DNA from: an uncultured Nitrososphaerales archaeon
GTDB lineage: Archaea; Thermoproteota; Nitrososphaeria; Nitrososphaerales; Nitrososphaeraceae
NCBI GenBank assembly: GCA_963709405.1
Contig: CAVPXM010000006.1
Location: forward strand, 1-64,000
Reading direction: 5' to 3'
Length of the DNA: 64,000 nt
The notes beneath the pieces are model-generated. The model was not told the origin of the DNA. It made no database searches and was given only the letters and a program-made list of their open reading frames with translations. Numbering within the stretch: position 1 is the first letter of the stretch; every line of letters starts with the position of its first letter. The position numbers were made by a program, and so were the translations under genes. Shown in pieces: positions 10,801 to 23,204 of this stretch.

Positions 10801-11577
10801 TCAGCTCTTAATCATATCCATCCAAGCTTTCATAAATTCATTATATGCATTAATCCATGCAACGTTATAAGCTTGCCATAATTTTATTGCGGAAACGAAT
10901 GGATTATTATTTTTATCATTGTTGAGTGAATTAGAATGAGATTCTTTATTCTCGTTATCATGGAACCTAACTGATTCGCCTAACTGATCTTGTTTTTCAG
11001 ATTCTTTGTGAACCTGAGGAGTGTCTGGTTTTACATCCTGCTTCGGCACTAAGTCCTCTTCTTTTGATTCCATTGCGTTACGATCTCTTTCTTCTAAGGT
11101 CGGATTTGCCATAGCAGGATTTGTGTTTGGACTATTTTCAGGAATGGCTTTTTTAACGCTATCATTGATACTTATTGTTGAAGGATCTAGCTGTTGTTTT
11201 TCTTCCACATGTGAGAATACCTTACTTGTATTATCTGGTCCCATATCTGCTACTTCTTTCATTTCTGACATAGCATTATCTCTAGACGAATCAAATACTT
11301 CTGGTTGAAGTGTTGATGATGATGTAGGTAGTGGTGATGAGGGTTTCTCTTCTTTTTGATCCACCTTTTTAGTCTTTGATTTTTTCTCTTCTCCTAGTCC
11401 CATGCTCATATCCGTAACTCTATTATTATCCTTATTATTAGTTTGATTGTCATAATTACTTTTTTGATAGTCTTTAGTAGATCGCTTGATTCGCTTGTAA
11501 ACAGCAGAAGGTGCTGTTTGGTTATTTTTTATATAGTCGATATTTCGTCTCTTATCATTATGCTTCTTTTGTCTCAT
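10801..11577 (-). CDS. Low-complexity hypothetical protein with a helical C-terminus
   Basis: 258-aa ORF with a disordered body ending NPFVSAIKLWQAYNVAWINAYNEFMKAW. Confidence 0.55.
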   Translation of the reverse strand: MRQKKHNDKRRNIDYIKNNQTAPSAVYKRIKRSTKDYQKSNYDNQTNNKDNNRVTDMSMGLGEEKKSKTKKVDQKEEKPSSPLPTSSSTLQPEVFDSSRDNAMSEMKEVADMGPDNTSKVFSHVEEKQQLDPSTISINDSVKKAIPENSPNTNPAMANPTLEERDRNAMESKEEDLVPKQDVKPDTPQVHKESEKQDQLGESVRFHDNENKESHSNSLNNDKNNNPFVSAIKLWQAYNVAWINAYNEFMKAWMDMIKS

Positions 11578-12271
11578 GATAAAGCAGCATACTTTGTCCT
11601 TATTCTACCTATAGAATCAAGACAGTTATAATAGTGGCTAATTTATAATAGTTATTTCAAAGAATAATAGTGTAATTCATAAAAAACCATAGCAGGTAGA
11701 TGATTTTTCTGATAAGAAAAAGAAATAATGGTTACGATACAAAAGATCGGTTACGAAGACAATAAAATACAGTAAAATCTAAGTCCTAAATGGTGTAAAT
11801 ATGTCAAAAAATGTAGCCTATCTCAGTAGATGCATACGATGGTATTCCTTCTTGGACCCTTTCATCGGAGACATTCCTTTCAGATCGGATAGGTGAGTCG
11901 CTACAAAAAACAACTACTAATGGTAGACTGATTCCAAATGCAAAAATATGCTCTGGCCCTTATTTTTTTTGGTTAATTTTTAGATGAATACAATAAAAGT
12001 ATAATGGGGGAGATAAAGAGTTAAGGATTTCTATTCTTCTGTTTAGACATTACATGAGTCATTGCCTTGGTGACATACCTTATGAATCTAACTTAGATGT
12101 TTAGGTTATCTTAATTTTCTGCAGAACTTCAATTACTTATTCTCAAGTTGAAATTCAGTATTTGGTCTTAGCACAAGTTAAAATTCAGCACACAATACGT
12201 TGAAAAACCTTATAATTATCTGTGAGCTAAATAATGATTAATGACATCAAGGACCAGAATTTTTGCATTGA

Positions 12272-12782
12272 TTGCAATTCTTCTTATATGATAGCCTTGT
12301 TAGAAAAGTATGGATATTCAGAAATACAAGGCCGGTAGTCAGAATCACAGGTTCACATCAGCAATCATGTCTTTTTGGTGCTATCAGTCTTGACGGAAGA
12401 CAGCTATTCAGACAGTACAATCATTTCAATGAAGACACATTCTGTGAATTCCTAAAGCTGATACATCACAAATTCCCAAAATGTTACGTATTCTTGGATA
12501 AGGCTCCTCAGCATTATAAATCCAATAAGATAAGGGAGTACATTAAAGAACGTAAGGGCAGTTTAATACCAGTCTATCTTCCAACAGCATCACCAGAATT
12601 CATGATACTAGAAGAATGCTGGAATATATCCAAAAGCGACCTTCTAGGTACTAACATATTACACGTCATTTAGAGACTTCAGAACTAAGATAGGACAGTA
12701 CTTTAGAACCAAGCACTTCAAATTCAACATGTATAAGTATCTAACTGGATATGGAAGTTAGATAACTTATGCTAACTGGTCT
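12272..12782 (+). mobile_element. IS630-family transposase remnant (DDE domain)
   Basis: FGAISLDG, LDKAPQH and YLPTASPEFMILEECW motifs; the N-terminus is absent and the tail is frameshifted. Confidence 0.8.
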
Positions 12783-12821
12783 AGTCTGTGATAGCTGTTT
12801 ACCGAAATATCTAACACAAAG

Positions 12822-13823
12822 ATGCCAACCACAATGACCTCTATTGGGATTACCTCCAATTTAGACAATGATAATTCTAAGGAAGAATTCAGAACCAAAA
12901 CTTACGAAATGTTGTCAAGCGAGTTTCAAGAATTATGCCCTAAAGTAGCTAGAGCACACCAACTCGTGGCTCATATGTACAATCGTCTTACGCTGATAGA
13001 AAAGCTGTCCCACAAAGAAGCTAGGTCGAAGATAATAAACGATCATAAGCATATTCCAGGATTCAGTGATAGAAATGTAAGACGGTGCTTGCCGTCAAAT
13101 AACCCAAATGTTCCGCATCGAGTTAGGCCATCATGGCCTAAAAGTAGTATTACTAATACTAGTAGTAATACAAAATTAGATATACTTAAACATAAACAGG
13201 CTGAAAATACTGTATTAAACAACAATACAGAACAGGATAACGTAGAATCAAGCGATGTGCTTACTTCTAACCAAAAAGATCCCTTGTCGCCACTTCAAAC
13301 AGAGAAGCCTGTACAGATTCTATCCAATTCCCACATATGTCCAGAATGTGAGAAGTTAGTTGTCGAAAGTAACCAGCAAATACGAATGCTAGAAGAGGCG
13401 TTAAAAGAAGTAACATTACTTTCAACTACAAGAAAATACACAAAAAGCGAACTCAGTTCGCATTCAAGAAACGATAAGGAGAAAAAATTAGTTGATAGCG
13501 CGGAAGAGAACTTACCTAAATCCTCATATCCCAACAGCTCAGATTTGAATAATAGTATACAAATGCAGACAATAGATGAAGAAAGGGATGACCGGTCAAA
13601 TGAGAGTTGTACTCAACGCCGGGAATTGAAAGAGACACGTCCTACAACCTCATCTGCGATAGCTAAAATGAACTTGCGTTATAACGAGATCGGATTTGAA
13701 ATATCAAAGGAAAAATATCCAGAAATAAAGATTGCAATGAACAACAACAGAAATTGCTTTTACTTGATTTTTGATGCTAATACAGGATCATTACTAAGAT
13801 CTATATCTGAACTACAGAGGTAA
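12822..13823 (+). CDS. Hypothetical protein with a putative DNA-binding N-terminus and CPEC motif
   Basis: 333-aa open frame containing DHKHIPGFSDRNVRRCLP, a CxxC and a coiled segment. Confidence 0.55.
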   Translation: MPTTMTSIGITSNLDNDNSKEEFRTKTYEMLSSEFQELCPKVARAHQLVAHMYNRLTLIEKLSHKEARSKIINDHKHIPGFSDRNVRRCLPSNNPNVPHRVRPSWPKSSITNTSSNTKLDILKHKQAENTVLNNNTEQDNVESSDVLTSNQKDPLSPLQTEKPVQILSNSHICPECEKLVVESNQQIRMLEEALKEVTLLSTTRKYTKSELSSHSRNDKEKKLVDSAEENLPKSSYPNSSDLNNSIQMQTIDEERDDRSNESCTQRRELKETRPTTSSAIAKMNLRYNEIGFEISKEKYPEIKIAMNNNRNCFYLIFDANTGSLLRSISELQR

Positions 13824-14172
13824 AGCCCACTATGATGATTTTAACTTCTATTGATAATATGTGCCAGTTCTAATGGATAGAACTGTACCACTCTGAATCA
13901 GGATAAAGCATTATCAGGGTACGTTTCAAGATAAGGAATTTTTTATTTTATTTTTAATTCTCTTAACTGAAGGTAATGCATTCAACAAACGTAAGACATA
14001 CGATAACCATAAATGAAATGTCATTTCGAGAGCTAAGAAGTGCTGGTCGTTTCGGAGAATCCTACTCCCAGCTGATTCTTCGTATACTGAACGAACTCCG
14101 GCAAGCTAAAGGAGAATCAGAATGATTGCGACCAAAGATAATAATAATTTTATAAATTTTCTATCTAAGAAC

Positions 14173-14697
14173 CTATCCCAAAATTATCTTTCTACAGATG
14201 ATCATAAAACAGGAGAACTGTACCAGTCCAAGGTAGTTCTCTGCCTTCTTTTCATACCGTGTGAACAGTTTTCTGAACCTGTTGTGCCATGAGTTTGTCC
14301 TTTCCACAACCCATCTTTTTGCAGAATGTTTTTTCCGGTTTAAGGAAGGTTGCGTTTCCGTCTTGACCTCCTCCTCTTTTTCACCCCTCTTTCTTTTGGG
14401 ACTAATGTGCAGTACATATCCCCGCCTGATTAGTTCCTGTTCTTCTTGTGTGGAATTATATGCTTTGTCAAGACATAGATGTTGTAACCTTCTCCTTCTT
14501 CCCTTTCTTCTTGATTTCGGTTTGGATGATGATGACGGCTTTTTAATAACTGAATTATCAACCATATCTATTACCAGTTTAATGTCATGGGTACTAGCAG
14601 ATGAAATGACCGCCGAAAGCGGTATACCTTCTTTGTCTGTTAAAATATGTCTTTTTGTGCCCAGTTTGCTCCTGTCCGTGGGATTATTTCCGGTCAT
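14173..14697 (-). CDS. IS5 transposase C-terminal ORF
   Basis: GTKRHILTD, LDKAY and RWVVERTNSWHNRFRKL motifs. Confidence 0.9.
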   Translation of the reverse strand: MTGNNPTDRSKLGTKRHILTDKEGIPLSAVISSASTHDIKLVIDMVDNSVIKKPSSSSKPKSRRKGRRRRLQHLCLDKAYNSTQEEQELIRRGYVLHISPKRKRGEKEEEVKTETQPSLNRKKHSAKRWVVERTNSWHNRFRKLFTRYEKKAENYLGLVQFSCFMIICRKIILG

Positions 14698-15086
14698 CGC
14701 CCCCCTAAAGGCGATTTTATGGATATACTATCGATTGATTGCCATGTCCAGTTGATACCAATGATTTGATCATATATTTTCAGTAATCGAACCCATGTCT
14801 TTTTGAAAACATCCAGTTTATTCCATTCCTGAAACCTTCTATGGCATGTGGAACCCGATCCATACTCTTTGGGTAGCATCTTCCATTGGCACCCAGTTCT
14901 AAGGATGTATAAAACTCCATCAAGTACCCTTCTGTATGGTACAATTGGCCGACCCACTGTTTTGAGTGGTTTCTCTCTGGGTAAAATTACTTTAATCTCA
15001 TCCCACAATTCATCTGGAATGGTTATGATGGTGCGATTATCCTTTTTATCATCCTCTTTCTCATTCTTCTTCTGGATACAGGCCAT
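14694..15086 (-). CDS. IS5 transposase N-terminal ORF
   Basis: GRP...LYILRTGCQWKMLPKEYGSGSTCHRRFQEW; ends at a G-run and overlaps the next ORF via ATGA. Confidence 0.9.
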   Translation of the reverse strand: MACIQKKNEKEDDKKDNRTIITIPDELWDEIKVILPREKPLKTVGRPIVPYRRVLDGVLYILRTGCQWKMLPKEYGSGSTCHRRFQEWNKLDVFKKTWVRLLKIYDQIIGINWTWQSIDSISIKSPLGGR

Positions 15087-15353
15087 ACTTTAGCAAAAGC
15101 AACATCGAGCTATAATCGTATCGAATTTTGGGATAGGCTCTAAGTATGAAGGTGATAAGCATTCTAGTTATGATAGAAAATGGAGAGAACTAGGTTTTCA
15201 TGTTATATGTAGATGCTCACCTGGTCATAGTAGAGACACGGAAGTAACCCATGATTTCCAACGGAATTACAATTGGCAAATAAAAACTCGGAAAGAGACG
15301 GTATAATGAAAGTTCGAGCAAGATAGTCAAAGAATTAATTTTGGTCCACAAGA

Positions 15354-15854
15354 TTGAAGAATAATTCCTTTATTCCAGCGATAAGAAATGGCCCAAATAA
15401 CAATGAAAATGGACCAAATCATGAATTAGACCACCTTCTCCCAAGACATCGCAAAATAACTAGAATTGGATTAGCAGAGCTTGCACTACAAAAATATTTA
15501 AAAAATGGCTCCGGTATCGACTTTACCGACGTTCAATGGCATTTTGGCTATAATAAAAGTAAATCCCAGCGTATTCTGAAGCGATCTTGCACACCGTGGC
15601 TTGACAAGGATGGAAATAAGCGAGACCCAATTCTATTTAGATTATCAACACGTACCAAACCACAGAAGTTTTTTCCGACATCCATAAAGGCAGATATTAT
15701 TGAAGACTTCAAAAAAAGAGAAAATGAACTAATTGGAGTTACGGGGGTTAACTTAGAACTAAAATCCTGCAGGTCATTAGTTCACTGTTATTTTTGCAAA
15801 CTCATTTTACACAAATACGCTCTTAAGTGCATATTACCTGTGTTAGGAGAGTAA
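15354..15854 (+). pseudogene. Winged-helix-like hypothetical protein, probably 3' truncated
   Basis: Basic HTH-like segment (GIDFTDVQWHFGYNKSKSQRILKR); the sequence character changes after about 15750. Confidence 0.4.
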
Positions 15855-15989
15855 CACTGTACCTCAGTTAAATACTGTAGGCAAATCGTATAACCTTCGT
15901 CATCTTGCGCATTGGCTGGGTCTACACCAAAAAATGGTAACATCAGCTGCTCTATAGTCGGTCCCTGATTGTTTTTTGATCCAAAGTTA

Positions 15990-16214
15990 TCACTGAAAGC
16001 CAGAAAAATCCATCCCCAAGGTAAAGGGGAATTGGAGTGGTATCATTTGTTGGAAGTAACCTTCACGAATTTTCCAATCTGCTGGGTTTATGCCAGCTGA
16101 TTTTATGCTAACCAATACTTTTCCAGAAGATAAAGTTGGTTCAGGTGTGTTTTGGTTAATCTCAATAATCTCGCTGCCTCCGTACCTGTTAATTTGAGCA
16201 GACTTCATTACCAT
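15990..16214 (-). pseudogene. NADPH:quinone reductase / Zn-ADH-like oxidoreductase, N-terminal fragment
   Basis: SAGINPADWKIREG...FPFTLGMDFSG GroES-like start, then truncated. Confidence 0.8.
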
Positions 16215-16721
16215 ATAATAAAATACGAGATATTAAAGAGTGTATGAAAATGCAAATGCAGAAGACGTCACTTGGAAATAGAAATCATGGGACTTTCTAA
16301 ATCTCCAATAAGCCTTGTATCAGGCTTTAGAAAATGTTCTACTCATGAGGCTACCAATATGATTAAAAATTGGCTTGATAAATGCAGTCAGTTAAGTCAG
16401 TAGATTTTAATCCCAATTATACGATCAAATATAGTATTAACTCTGCAATCAGATGGCTGTTTTACCAATAAGTCTGGAAAAACTAAAGATAGAAAATACG
16501 TTTATACAAAATGCTGACTAGATAAATGCACTCGAAATCCAAATCAGATTGTACCGGATATTCTATCAGATCCCCGGCGTAGGAATATCAGAAAAGTGTC
16601 TATTAGTACAAATGTGCGGCTCGCCAGATCTAAACACTTCCTAAAATGAGGCAACATCCGTATAGACTACACATGCACTCCTCAATTGAGTGTTAATCGT
16701 AGGAGTTCAACAAAAGCCTGT

Positions 16722-17289
16722 CTACTTATTTTGTAGCCTTATAGTCCAGTCTACAAGATTCTGAAGTAATTGTTTCAAGAATTTCTTTGCATTCTCATCA
16801 GTTAGCTTGCCATTTGAATCAAATTTATCCTGTGCAAATGGGAGTATTACTTCAGGCCCATTTACTGGATACATGTTTAGAAATACAAAGGTCTGACGTA
16901 AATGATACTGTGCTCTAGCACCTCCCAACATTCCTACAGATGCGCTTATTATGGCTGCCGGCTTTCCGTCAAATGCATTATCTCCATATGGCCTAGATGC
17001 CCAATCTATCGCATTTTTTAACACTCCTGGCACTGAATAATTATATTCTGGAGTTGCAATTAGAATGGCATCTGCATTCCTTATTTTCGATTTGAATTCT
17101 TCTACTTTTATCGGCATATCTTTTTCAATATCTTGATTGAATAGAGGGATGCCATCAATATCAAAAATTTCCAGAGAAACATTTTCTGGTAACAGGTCTA
17201 TAGGCAGCACGCAGAAGAGCTTTATTATAAGAACCAACTCTTAGACTTCCTGCGAATCCGAGAATTTTTAGCTTATTGATACTTTCCAA
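16722..17289 (-). pseudogene. NADPH-dependent FMN reductase (ChrR/SsuE family), one frameshift near the 5' end
   Basis: ATPEYNYSVPGVLKNAIDWASR and GGARAQYHLRQ; the N-terminal GFAGSLR lies in another frame. Confidence 0.88.
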
Positions 17290-17559
17290 TTGGTTTATCT
17301 ACCAGTTTAATAATTTTGAACTAGATAATGGTTATGTTATTTTGAATTGTCTAGTCATTATAACGTGCTAGAGAAAATCATCAAAATGTGTCACTGGTTG
17401 TATATCGGAGTTGTGCGGCGCACCAGATTATAAACATTATCTAAATTGGGAGGGCTCTGTTCATTTAACAATTTTTTTGTCTTACTAGGACCTCTTTGTT
17501 ATATGGAGTCAAACATATAGTATAACCATTATCAAACTAAATAAACCTAGATATTAAGA

Positions 17560-18007
17560 AAATTTGAACCAGCAATCAGTACAATAACAATCGCACAATT
17601 ACAATCTGTGCAAGACCTGCAGGCCGTTTCTTGCTAGCACCTATTCCTCCTGCAGATATTTTGCTACATCAATCAAGGTTCAAAGAATATACAATGAAAT
17701 GCAAGAATATATATTGCATCCGCTTGATGAGTTACCACAATATCCAATTAACTACTCAATTAGTTATCCAAGGGAAGTTGTTATCGCATCTTTTTGCTGT
17801 GCAAACATTTCTACTATCAACTTAATTTTAAGAAGATTAGAATCCTATGATGGCGTTAACAAAGTCGAGCCAATAACAGTAACTAGCGGCAGAATTTATC
17901 AGGACTGGTTAAGAAATGAGATTGATAAAAGAATAATTAGTCAAAAGTATTCATCATTACCATCATCAGCATCACTACCATCTGCGGCAACAAACAACGA
18001 CAGATGA
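17560..18007 (+). pseudogene. AsnC/Lrp-like regulator C-terminal remnant
   Basis: ORF 17699..18007 ends LESYDGVNKVE...IYQDWLRNEIDKRI, as in thaumarchaeal AsnC-type regulators; upstream sequence is broken. Confidence 0.45.
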
Positions 18008-18189
18008 TGCATGACGCACTTATTGGTTTATTTCATTGTGTTAAAATATAGATTATAAACAATTACCATTTTCATACCTACACGATAAAAAATGAGACAG
18101 ACATTACAAGAAGTATGCCAAAAGCGTACCTTGACTTACATGCTACCTAAATCAATCCGGTAATATATCGTACATATGAATTCGACTTC

Positions 18190-19436
18190 TGCATGGTTTA
18201 CACTTGCAATTCTAGGGTCGACAATTCTAATTACATGAGGCTTGGACTTGCAGTAGGCGTAGGAATATTCAGCTCAATGTTTGCCGCAGGATCAGTAGTC
18301 GGATTAGCTCGCAGGGGGAAATATAATCCAGAGCTTTGGTTGGCACGCTACATTCCTTTCGATAGTTCCGGTCGCGATTATCCTTTGGGTGATAATCAAT
18401 AGATTCATTCGAGACGATAATACTAGGAGTGAAGTGGTAGAAAAAGAAGAGCCTTCGTTACAAACTGATGCCAACGCAACGTCCGGACCCCATACGACCA
18501 GTGCAGGTGCGGATAGTAACAATCTGAGGAAAAACCTTGATTTAAAGGGTGCCGTAACTTTGGCTGTTACGATAGCATCCTTTTTACTAGCCCTCACATA
18601 TGTCGGAAATAGTAGTGGCAGTAGTGGGAGTAGTAACGTCAGCGCTTTCACTACACAGATTATAGTAGTATTGTTAGTCCTCTTGTCCATAGGATCACTA
18701 GCTTTATTCATTATTATAGAAAGAAGAGCGTCATCACCATTGATAGAATTAAGTCTAATTGGGGGCAAAATACTACTTCCTGCAAATGTCATTATCTTGA
18801 TTTTTGGTATGACGATGTTTATGGTATATCAGACTATTCCTATACTAGTGAGAAGTCCCCATCCGTTTGGATTTGGTGGAGATGCCGTAGCAAGTGCGAT
18901 GGTTCAACTACCATTCATGATAATATTCCTGATATTCGCACCTTCTTCTGGTTTCATTGTATCTAAGATAGGCAACCTCAAACCAACTATAGCAGGAACT
19001 ATCATTATGACCGTTGGCTTTTTTAGCCTCTTTATGTTTCACTCAACAGAATCTATAGTTGCGATAAATCTAGCAATAGTAGCCATCGGAATATCATTGA
19101 TACAGGTGGGCGTATTTAATGTCACCATGGAGTATACACCACGTCAATTCAGCGGAGTATCTCTTGGGATGTCAGTCGTACTCTCTCTTAATCGGAAGCG
19201 CAATCGGATCTGCAATTTCAGCAATATACATGCAAACACATCAAGAGGTGATTTCAAAAGTAGTTAATAATGGTATTAGTGGTAGTGGAGGCTCTTTTCC
19301 TTCGCCAGTATCTTATAATCTCATATTTCTAACAGCTGCATTTGTTTCGACTATATCAATTTTATTTGTAATTGTATTAAAAAGAAGGATAGCGATGACC
19401 AAACAGCCATTGGTTGGTTCACAAAAACACATGTGA
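18190..19436 (+). pseudogene. MFS drug/metabolite transporter (14-TM type), fragmented
   Basis: Overlapping hydrophobic ORFs with DLKGA and ERRASSPLIEL motifs; several frameshifts and a missing N-terminus. Confidence 0.8.
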
Positions 19437-19843
19437 AAGATTTATTACTCTAAAAAGATAGTATTTGGTAAAGCAATTATCTCTTGACAAAAAATAGGAA
19501 CATTATTTACAATATCCAAATTAGATAAGCGAACAATCGCTATACAATGCAAGTAGTGCGGCTTGCTTACCAAGTAAACCGTGACAAACTAATTTACTAT
19601 ATTTAGGACATACCTACTATTCGTGAACTTGTTCTACGCCGTTATTGCAAAAGCTCTCATAAACTTTTTGGGTATAACCATCGTCGGCAGCAAGAAGAAT
19701 GGCGCAACTAATAAGTTCACAACTATTGATCCTGATGGAATACCAATTGTTATCAGAACTAGATGATTTAATGCACTGATATCATGAAGGGGTAGTTGTA
19801 TTTTTATTCTTTACTCTAGAACACCTACCTTTATTCTCAGATT

Positions 19844-20460
19844 TTATTTTATTAAGTTGGCAAGATCTCGAGAAAACTTATTTATTGTTACTTTCTTAAT
19901 GTTTGGTTGGTTGGACTTACTGCTATTACAATGAATCGAATGAGCCAGACTATAACCAAGACCAAGATCAGCTAGAAGAGGAAATGCCTTCCACATTCTG
20001 TCTTGTGTTTGAGCCACCAGTGTTTTTGCATCAATAACTAAAGGAGCAATTGGTGCTGTTGATGACGGCATAGTATTGTCATAATAAGAATTATCTCCTC
20101 TATTATTACCTATTACCATATTAGCGATTGATTTTGCGATATTGTTGTTTTTCTTGTTATTCTCATCCTCATCTTTTTCTTCTTTACTTACGTTGTAGTA
20201 GTATGATTCTGGATATGCATCATCATTTATTTTATCAACAGGCTCTCCTGTAGGCAATGGTGCATTTTTATCTACTTTATACTTACTTGCTAGTTCTGAA
20301 AAGTCCATATTCAAAATTACATTTCTACCTACTTCTTTTATTCCTGATTTAGGAACGTCAAATCTATAATTATAGTCACCTAATATTATTATCTTGTCAT
20401 CTGTTTCTCTTACTACATATCCAACATGTGGGAAGTCTAAAGCCATTACCCCTCTATTAA
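19844..20460 (-). pseudogene. Hypothetical protein fragment (PRC-barrel-like start)
   Basis: GVMALDFPHVGYVVRETDDKIIILGDYNYRFDVPKS; both ends look junctional. Confidence 0.4.
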
Positions 20461-20465
20461 AATAC

Positions 20466-22175
20466 TTACCTGTAGTCATTGTTCTTGCTATTATTCCTGC
20501 AGGTACTCTTATGAACAAATGAGATTGCTATTGATCCTTCTCCGACCGCAGATGCAACACGCTTAATGCTGCCGCCCCTCACGTCGCCTACTGCGAAAAC
20601 ACCTGGCAAACTAGTTTCAAGCAAGTATGGTTGACGGGTAAGTGGCCAGCCTGCTGCGCTTAGATTTTCTGGCAAAAGGTCGGGACCTGTCTTTATAAAG
20701 CCTTTAGCGTCAAGTGCGATACAGCCATTGAGCCAACTAGTGTTTGGATCGGCACCAGTCATGACGAATATATGTCTGATTTCATGCTTTTCAGTATGTC
20801 CTGTTTGGCTGTTTCGCCAATAAACGGAATCAAGATGATTGCCTCCTTCTACTGCTACAATCTCTGTTTGTGGTCGCAATATGATCGTAGGAGTATTCTC
20901 TATCCTGCTAATTAGGTATCGCGACATAGTAGCAGCCAAACCGGTGGACCTGACTAGCATATGTACACGCTTAGCAGTCTGTGCCAGAAACACGGCAGCC
21001 TGACCTGCTGAGTTTCCTCCGCCAACTACAACTAATTCCTCTCCTCCGCACAACTGTGCTTCCACAAACGTCGCACCATGGTAGACTCCCGCACCTTCAA
21101 AGCGTGACAGGTTTTCCAATGGAAGTTTTCGATACTGGGCACCCGTGGCAATTACAACAGTGTTAGAAGAAATTCTAGTCCCATTCTCAAGCTCGATAAC
21201 ATACGGTTTGCGGTCGCAGATGAGTCGTGTGGCATTAGCAACGAGCATACCTGCACCGAACTTCTGTGCCTGGAGGTACGCTCTACCTGCCAGATCCTGG
21301 CCAGAAATACCTGTAGGAAATCCCAAATAATTTTCTATCCGTGAGCTTGAACCGGCTTGACCACCAGGTGAACTTGTCTCCAGCACTAGGACATCTAGTC
21401 CTTCTGAAGCACCATATACTGCGGCCGCCAATCCTGAGGGACCAGCTCCGATGATTACAAGATCTCGAACATGGGTTTGGTCAATAGACTCATTGAAACC
21501 AAGGCAGTCTGCGATTTCTTGGTTAGTGGGATTACGAAGTGCAAGCTGGCCTCGACAGATTAATACTGGTATTTCACTGGCAGAAACTTCGAAACTATCC
21601 AACAGATTCTGTACATCAGGATCGCGTTCTAGATCTATGTAGGAATATGGATGTCCATTGCGCATAAGAAACTCTTTGATCCGAAGCGTACCTGCAGAAT
21701 ATGCTGACCCTACGAGGACAATGTCTCCAACACCAGCAGATATTAGCTCTACTCTACGTAGGATGAACGCCCTCATCAGAATATCGCTGAGCTCAGCATC
21801 AGTCTGTACCAAACCGCGTATTTGTTGATGATCCAGTTCTATTACCTTACCCGGCTTCGTAGCACGTGCCCGAACTAAAGACCGGCGGCCAGAGAGCATG
21901 TTAACCTCTCCTGTGAATTCACCAGGATCATGGACAGTAATAAGGGTCTCATGGGCCCCTAAAGGACGTACAATCTCAACTTCGCCTGTGATTACGACAA
22001 AGAATGGTACCGATTTATCTCCCTGCTCGATTAGCACTTCACCAGACTGTACGGAACGTATATGCCCATGCGCTGCAATACGACTAATCTGAGCCGGTGT
22101 TAATTTCGGAAATATCTTCTCAATACGAGAGCTGGTTAGAGGAAGTCCCCTGTGTGCATTACTCATAGTTGTCAT
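20466..22175 (-). CDS. Cyclic-nucleotide-binding domain fused to a thioredoxin-reductase-like FAD oxidoreductase
   Basis: N-terminal cNMP domain (GEFTGE..L), GAGPSG, RIENYLGFPTGISG, VGGGNSAGQAA and GDVRGGSIKRVASAVGEG. Confidence 0.9.
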   Translation of the reverse strand: MTTMSNAHRGLPLTSSRIEKIFPKLTPAQISRIAAHGHIRSVQSGEVLIEQGDKSVPFFVVITGEVEIVRPLGAHETLITVHDPGEFTGEVNMLSGRRSLVRARATKPGKVIELDHQQIRGLVQTDAELSDILMRAFILRRVELISAGVGDIVLVGSAYSAGTLRIKEFLMRNGHPYSYIDLERDPDVQNLLDSFEVSASEIPVLICRGQLALRNPTNQEIADCLGFNESIDQTHVRDLVIIGAGPSGLAAAVYGASEGLDVLVLETSSPGGQAGSSSRIENYLGFPTGISGQDLAGRAYLQAQKFGAGMLVANATRLICDRKPYVIELENGTRISSNTVVIATGAQYRKLPLENLSRFEGAGVYHGATFVEAQLCGGEELVVVGGGNSAGQAAVFLAQTAKRVHMLVRSTGLAATMSRYLISRIENTPTIILRPQTEIVAVEGGNHLDSVYWRNSQTGHTEKHEIRHIFVMTGADPNTSWLNGCIALDAKGFIKTGPDLLPENLSAAGWPLTRQPYLLETSLPGVFAVGDVRGGSIKRVASAVGEGSIAISFVHKSTCRNNSKNNDYR

Positions 22176-22444
22176 TTCTAGTGCAGCTTGCTCGCTGATA
22201 AATCATTACTCATCCTTCATCATTATTTGACTAATTACACTTATTTTTGAATCTGTTAACAGTAGTCACATCGAAATCTCTCTCTAGATAACGCTGTATG
22301 TGTAACTATGTTTGATCATTTTGAAGAACGAGATTTGAGGTTAGCAAAAGGTTCACTAGTTTTACATGGACCAAATCTGATTTCGACTACCAGTGTAGGA
22401 TTAAAAATGGAATAAAATCCCTGGCGTTAGATTTGTGTTTTCAG

Positions 22445-23204
22445 TTAGACCTGTGCTGTGCCGCCATCGACGAATAACTCGATGCCGGTAACAAAGCTGG
22501 AATCATCTGACGCGAGAAAGAGCGCAGCGGTAGCGATCTCGTGGGGCTTGCCCACTCGGCCCATTGGAATTATGGAAACGAAGGCATCCTTCATTTCTTG
22601 GGGAGCCCCATCAAATATCGCCGTATCTATCGTGCCGGGACTGATGACGTTGACCCTGGTCCTTCCTTTGAGCTCGGCAGTCCAAGTTCGGGTGAAAGAA
22701 CGTATGGCGGCTTTGCTGGCGCTGTAGACGGTAGCGCCAGGAAATCCTTTCACTCCTGCAATAGAACTATTCAGAATGATTGACCCGCCGTCCTTCATGA
22801 GCGGTAGAGCCTTTTGAACGGTAAACAAGGTCCCTCGAACGTTGACGTTAAACGTATCATCGAAGCCTTTCTCAGTAATAGAGCCGAGCGGCTTACTCGA
22901 GCTCGCCAAAGCCTGCACTAGCAAACAGGACGTCGATATGGCCCTTCTCTTTTTTGACTATCTCGAATAGCCGATCTAGATCGGAGAGATTGCCGGCATC
23001 GCCCTGAACGCCAGTGACGTTGTTTTTGCCAATTTCTTTGACTGCTTTGTCTAGCATTTCTTGGCGGCGACCGGTGATGAAGACATAAGCACCTTCCTCA
23101 ACGAATAATTTAGCAGTAGCAAGTGCCATACCGCTGGTCGCTCCCGTAATGACGGCTACTCGGTTCTCTAATTTTTTTTGATTGTATTCCATTTCCTCTT
23201 TCAT
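22445..23204 (-). pseudogene. Short-chain dehydrogenase/reductase, frameshifted near 22900
   Basis: TGATSGMA Rossmann motif in 22893..23204; YSASK and VDGG in 22445..22924. Confidence 0.9.

Larger units (their letters stand above)
14169..15140 (-). mobile_element. IS5-family insertion sequence, complete
   Basis: TIRs GAACCTATCCCAAAATT / GAGCCTATCCCAAAATT, with a TAA target duplication at 14166..14168 and 15141..15143. Confidence 0.93.

Noticed and set aside
17325-17532. TAACCATTAT motif (also at 61673) as a novel operator
   Set aside because: Its position a few tens of bases before the starts fits an ordinary core promoter, and two copies come from gene duplication.
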